This document shows, one piece after another, positions 60,556 to 64,000 of a stretch of 64,000 bases of DNA. Source of the DNA: a virus. Its lineage: Duplodnaviria > Caudoviricetes. Position 1 is the first letter of the stretch. Every line of letters starts with the position of its first letter. The notes beneath the pieces are model-generated. The model made no database searches. It was not told the DNA's origin and was given only the letters and a program-made list of their open reading frames with translations. Position numbers and translations under genes: made by a program. The stretch spans positions 427-64,426 of IMG/VR virus record IMGVR_UViG_3300037114_000073, one strand, 5' to 3'.

Positions 60556-61293
60556 TTAGCCTCCAATAAAGTTGAGCATTTCATCAATATCTATATCTTT
60601 AGAATATGAAACTAAAAACGTATACCCATATTTCTTACACCATTTCTCAGCGGATTCAAATTTAGCTTCGTCTTGTTTTGTAGTTCGTGTGCTAAATTCA
60701 ATTACAAGTTTTTCACCTGTTAATAATGTAACATAATAATCTGGGAAGAAAGTTCGCTTTAATCCTTTCCATACATAAGATATACGCGGATAATCTTTCT
60801 TAAATTTTTTAACTGCTTCAACCATATCTAATAACATTGCAAACATTAATTCTATACCGGTATTACCATGGCATATTATTTCCCCACCTTTAGCAGTTTT
60901 AATTTCAACTCCATCATTGCATAACCCAGGCTTAGTACCACCGTTTGCATAAGAACGTAACAAACGTTGTTGATTAGCTTTTCTATTGTATCTTTTACTA
61001 TAATACTTAACTAGTTTACGTTTATGCCTCTCTCTCAATTTAGGATCACTATTTATCTTAATCTGACTCTCTGAACGTAAACGACGTTGCTCTGGATCTT
61101 TAAATCGACGTCGTTGTCCTTTAGAAGCATTAACATGATACTCAGTAGAATTTAATACTTTCTTTCTTGCAACCATAAAATGCTTTACATATAATTTATT
61201 ATCCCATAATGCCTTTCTTAAACGTGACATCTTAGCTCTATATACTGGATCCTGCCAACGCTTATTAGCAGCTATTTTGTGCGCTTCGGACAT
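60556..61293 (-). CDS. TnsA-like homing endonuclease
   Basis: W.DP.YR.KM helical repeats; FPDYYV..IE. Confidence 0.7.
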   Translation of the reverse strand: MSEAHKIAANKRWQDPVYRAKMSRLRKALWDNKLYVKHFMVARKKVLNSTEYHVNASKGQRRRFKDPEQRRLRSESQIKINSDPKLRERHKRKLVKYYSKRYNRKANQQRLLRSYANGGTKPGLCNDGVEIKTAKGGEIICHGNTGIELMFAMLLDMVEAVKKFKKDYPRISYVWKGLKRTFFPDYYVTLLTGEKLVIEFSTRTTKQDEAKFESAEKWCKKYGYTFLVSYSKDIDIDEMLNFIGG

Positions 61294-61718
61294 GGTTTCC
61301 TTAAACCTACAGTAGATTCATAACTCCGTAAATATTTAGCTGCACGTAAAAGGTTGATTGGTTTATCATGCCACTTTCTAAGTCCTGTATTACAGGCCCA
61401 ACACAACAATCCTCTTGTACTTCTTTTAAGTAATTCACGCTTAACCGACTTAATAGCTTTCTTTCGTACTTTATTCTTCTTACGTATATCAAGAAACTCT
61501 TCCACTCTAGCTTGCCAATACCCACCTCTTTTAAAAGATACAACTTTTAACTTTTCTACCCAATGTGCATGGTCAACAGCAAGGGGTAGATTCTTCGGTG
61601 GCCGTCTACATATTGCACATTTGTGATGCTGTTCTTTGTCAACTCTTCTATACCACTTAAGACCTCTCCCATATTTCCACTTAAGGTATACATCTCGTTT
61701 TCGTTCCTTTTCTGTCAC
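61272..61718 (-). CDS. Recombination endonuclease VII family
   Basis: KYG..Q..CAIC..LAVDH.H..RGLLC..CN..L. Confidence 0.88.
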   Translation of the reverse strand: MTEKERKRDVYLKWKYGRGLKWYRRVDKEQHHKCAICRRPPKNLPLAVDHAHWVEKLKVVSFKRGGYWQARVEEFLDIRKKNKVRKKAIKSVKRELLKRSTRGLLCWACNTGLRKWHDKPINLLRAAKYLRSYESTVGLRKPCPKRTK

Positions 61719-61722
61719 AATG

Positions 61723-61758
61723 TATTATACAGATTCAGTCTATTCTTATTTGAACTAG
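61723..61758 (-). promoter_or_regulatory. Conserved bipartite phage promoter, copy 4
   Basis: CTAGTTCAAATAAGA-N8-AATCTGTATAATA. Confidence 0.8.
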
Positions 61759-61945
61759 TTGTACTTTCCGTAAACAATTTCAAGTCTAGCAAATTGTTTA
61801 GGAGTTAATGCTTTCTCTTGTTTGATAAACCAATCAATCATACTTCCTACAAATTCAACTTCCCAAATCGATAGTTTATCTTCATCCTCTAAATGAGTAA
61901 GCATCGCTAGTGTACGTTTTCCTGTTTCATTTAAACCAGTACTGT

Positions 61946-62362
61946 CTACAGTAGAAGTGTGAGCTCTGACTCTTTTTCTAGCCATGATTCACCTTCCTTA
62001 TTTGCTACTTTATGTACTAGAATGTTACCTTTCTTTGTATGTCCTGCTGATGCCTGTATAATCGTAAGTTTCTTTCCTTGTAGATTTTTAACTCTTGCTC
62101 CGTTTACAAATTTAAGTTTTTTACGAACTGGAATAGTATCATATCCTGTATTTCTATCTGGTTGGGATGCTCTGGATATTACTTGGTCTTCTCTAACTTT
62201 ACCTGTAGCTTTCAGCGCATTCAATACTCTACTATGGAATGGTGGTGCTCCTGCTTCCATTGACGATAATTGTGATGAATCTGTCATCTTAGAAAAGTTA
62301 TTTCCACCTACTGGTATTAATGCTGATGGTGGAAGTACTTCACCTTTTTTCTCATCTGCCAT
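61946..62362 (-). CDS. Hypothetical protein
   Basis: GGAGGAG RBS. Confidence 0.6.
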   Translation of the reverse strand: MADEKKGEVLPPSALIPVGGNNFSKMTDSSQLSSMEAGAPPFHSRVLNALKATGKVREDQVISRASQPDRNTGYDTIPVRKKLKFVNGARVKNLQGKKLTIIQASAGHTKKGNILVHKVANKEGESWLEKESELTLLL

Positions 62363-62374
62363 GTTACTCCTCCT

Positions 62375-63130
62375 TTAGTTAACTGTTACTGACTGCAAGT
62401 CCTGCAATAACTGTGCCTGGTTATAGGTGTTAGGTGCTACTCCTGATGCAACCCAATCCTGGGAAAGTAATGCATACGCTTCTGAACAGTACTTGTGGAA
62501 GAACGGCCAGCTCATCGTAAGTAGTCCTCCCCATGTAATACAGGTAAGACCATTAACATCGTATTTAGGAACAAATACACAATGTCCGCCCCATGATTCT
62601 GGAGCATCTGTTCCATCACTTACTGGAACTACATTCCAGGAAGTCTGTCCTTGGGCGGTAAGAGGAAGTTCTACTCCAATATACGTTCCTCCAAACAAAT
62701 AAATCGCTTGCTTTACATGTATCGGATTCAAAGGACTGACTGCCATAAAAGCTAGTAATTGATGACCGTCAAATCCATTCTTTCTCCAATCATTTAACAC
62801 ATCTAATTCTACACCACCTTGATCTGTTGTAGGATCTCCAACTACGTATCCATCCCAATCAGAATAGTACTGGGTAATTATTTGATCTGGGAATGTTGGT
62901 AAACCTACGCCTGTAGCAACATCCCAAACTTGTACTGCATGGCCAGTGCCTGCTATGGTGCAACAGCTTAGTGTATCATTTAACATCTCACCCCATTCGG
63001 TTACTCCTCCAGTGTAATCAGTTTCATCCGGAGGAGCTGGAGCTTGATCAGTATACTTAGACATGAGTAGTGTCCTCATGTCATGTCTGACTGCATTTTT
63101 ACCTAACTTTACTTTTGTAAAGTCAATCAT
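62375..63130 (-). CDS. Papain-like (C1) cysteine peptidase
   Basis: ND..SCCT.A, GGHCV, TWG catalytic pattern. Confidence 0.7.
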   Translation of the reverse strand: MIDFTKVKLGKNAVRHDMRTLLMSKYTDQAPAPPDETDYTGGVTEWGEMLNDTLSCCTIAGTGHAVQVWDVATGVGLPTFPDQIITQYYSDWDGYVVGDPTTDQGGVELDVLNDWRKNGFDGHQLLAFMAVSPLNPIHVKQAIYLFGGTYIGVELPLTAQGQTSWNVVPVSDGTDAPESWGGHCVFVPKYDVNGLTCITWGGLLTMSWPFFHKYCSEAYALLSQDWVASGVAPNTYNQAQLLQDLQSVTVN

Positions 63131-63792
63131 TAGTTACCCCACTTAACTTTTACTTGTTTAGCTGCATTATCCACAACAGGATCATTGACTGATGTATGCA
63201 AAACAACGGTATACTTTTTCTTGAAATCACTTCCATTCTTTACAGTGAAAGGTTTTCCAAGTACAGTCTTAACTGGCTTGAGGCTGGTTTTACCTTCCAA
63301 CTGTAGAATGAAATTATCTGCGGAGATAAGTGCTCCACCAATTGCATTAACTAGATTTTCAATCTTCTGTCTGGTTGCAGTATCCAAGACTTGAATTACA
63401 GTTAAAATACTGTCAACATCATTTTCACTTGTCTGGACTAATGAAGCTAGCGCAGTTTGGAATGTTTTATTCGTAGCTAAATCACTTTGATACTGGGTAA
63501 TGTAGGATTCTACTGCTGCTACGTCTTTCTCACCTTTTGTGATCCAAGATTGAATTTGTGCATCAACAGTGGCTGGGATATTCTTTACACCTAACAATGG
63601 GAGTAACTCGATAATTACTGACAATGCTGGTCCTACATCTGTAAGAATACCATTGATGGTAGTAATTACTGACTGTGGATTACAGGAAATTCCCATCGTA
63701 GATTCAACTAGTAATCCTGTTCCTACGACTCTAAATGCTAGAATTCCTACTGGTATTGATCCTGTTGTCTTTAAGAAATCTCTACGGTTCAT
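63130..63792 (-). CDS. Tat-signal putative lipoprotein
   Basis: MNRRDFLK twin-arginine motif and lipobox-like GISC. Confidence 0.7.
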   Translation of the reverse strand: MNRRDFLKTTGSIPVGILAFRVVGTGLLVESTMGISCNPQSVITTINGILTDVGPALSVIIELLPLLGVKNIPATVDAQIQSWITKGEKDVAAVESYITQYQSDLATNKTFQTALASLVQTSENDVDSILTVIQVLDTATRQKIENLVNAIGGALISADNFILQLEGKTSLKPVKTVLGKPFTVKNGSDFKKKYTVVLHTSVNDPVVDNAAKQVKVKWGN

Positions 63793-63801
63793 ATTTTCTC
63801 C

Positions 63802-63999
63802 TTAAGGTTCATAATTGTAATTTACTACATCTAGACTATATGGGAGTAATCCAAGTATCTGGCCCCATGATTTTCCGCCTACGTGTCCTACGTTTGATTT
63901 AAATGCTTTGACACACTGCCATCCTAATGCATTAAGCTGCCAACAAATGTAAACGTCACTGTGTATGTGAATCGTACTCACTTGTGTTTCATCTAAATA
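63802..63999 (-). CDS. GT2-family glycosyltransferase, C-terminal part (truncated by window)
   Basis: Manual translation YLDE..HSDVYICWQLNALGW..VGHVGGKSW. Confidence 0.6.
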   Translation of the reverse strand, partial: YLDETQVSTIHIHSDVYICWQLNALGWQCVKAFKSNVGHVGGKSWGQILGLLPYSLDVVNYNYEP

Positions 64000-64000
64000 G

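Noticed and set aside
1308-63805. Numerous plus-strand ORFs in the ORF track
   Set aside because: They are antisense shadows of well-supported minus-strand genes, with no RBS or motifs noticed
1-64000. Stop-codon reassignment, introns or inteins
   Set aside because: Core genes are intact in code 11 at normal lengths; endonucleases lie between genes, not inside them

Overview
This is a 64 kb segment of an AT-rich, tailed dsDNA phage, most likely a long-tailed siphovirus (no sheath gene, 1598-aa tape measure). Essentially all genes lie on the minus strand. In transcription order (high to low coordinates) it contains: (1) an accessory/modification block with glycosyltransferases, a Tat lipoprotein, a cysteine peptidase, endonuclease VII, queD, queE and a GroES-like gene; (2) the terminase large subunit; (3) a ~13 kb early/accessory region inserted between terminase and portal, with a sigma70-type promoter, oriented TTGGCACCA repeats, a soluble Zn-finger FtsK, a GT9, a TadE-like pilin and a lipoprotein; (4) the head and tail module, including a -1 frameshifted tail chaperone; (5) replication genes (SF2 helicase, DnaB, primase, 5'-3' exonuclease); (6) a sigma-like/SWIB/histone-like block, queC and another glycosyltransferase. 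About eight free-standing endonucleases are interspersed. No DNA polymerase, folE, dpdA, integrase, tRNA or CRISPR array was recognised, so the genome probably extends beyond the window. All functional calls come from manual motif recognition, not from database searches.
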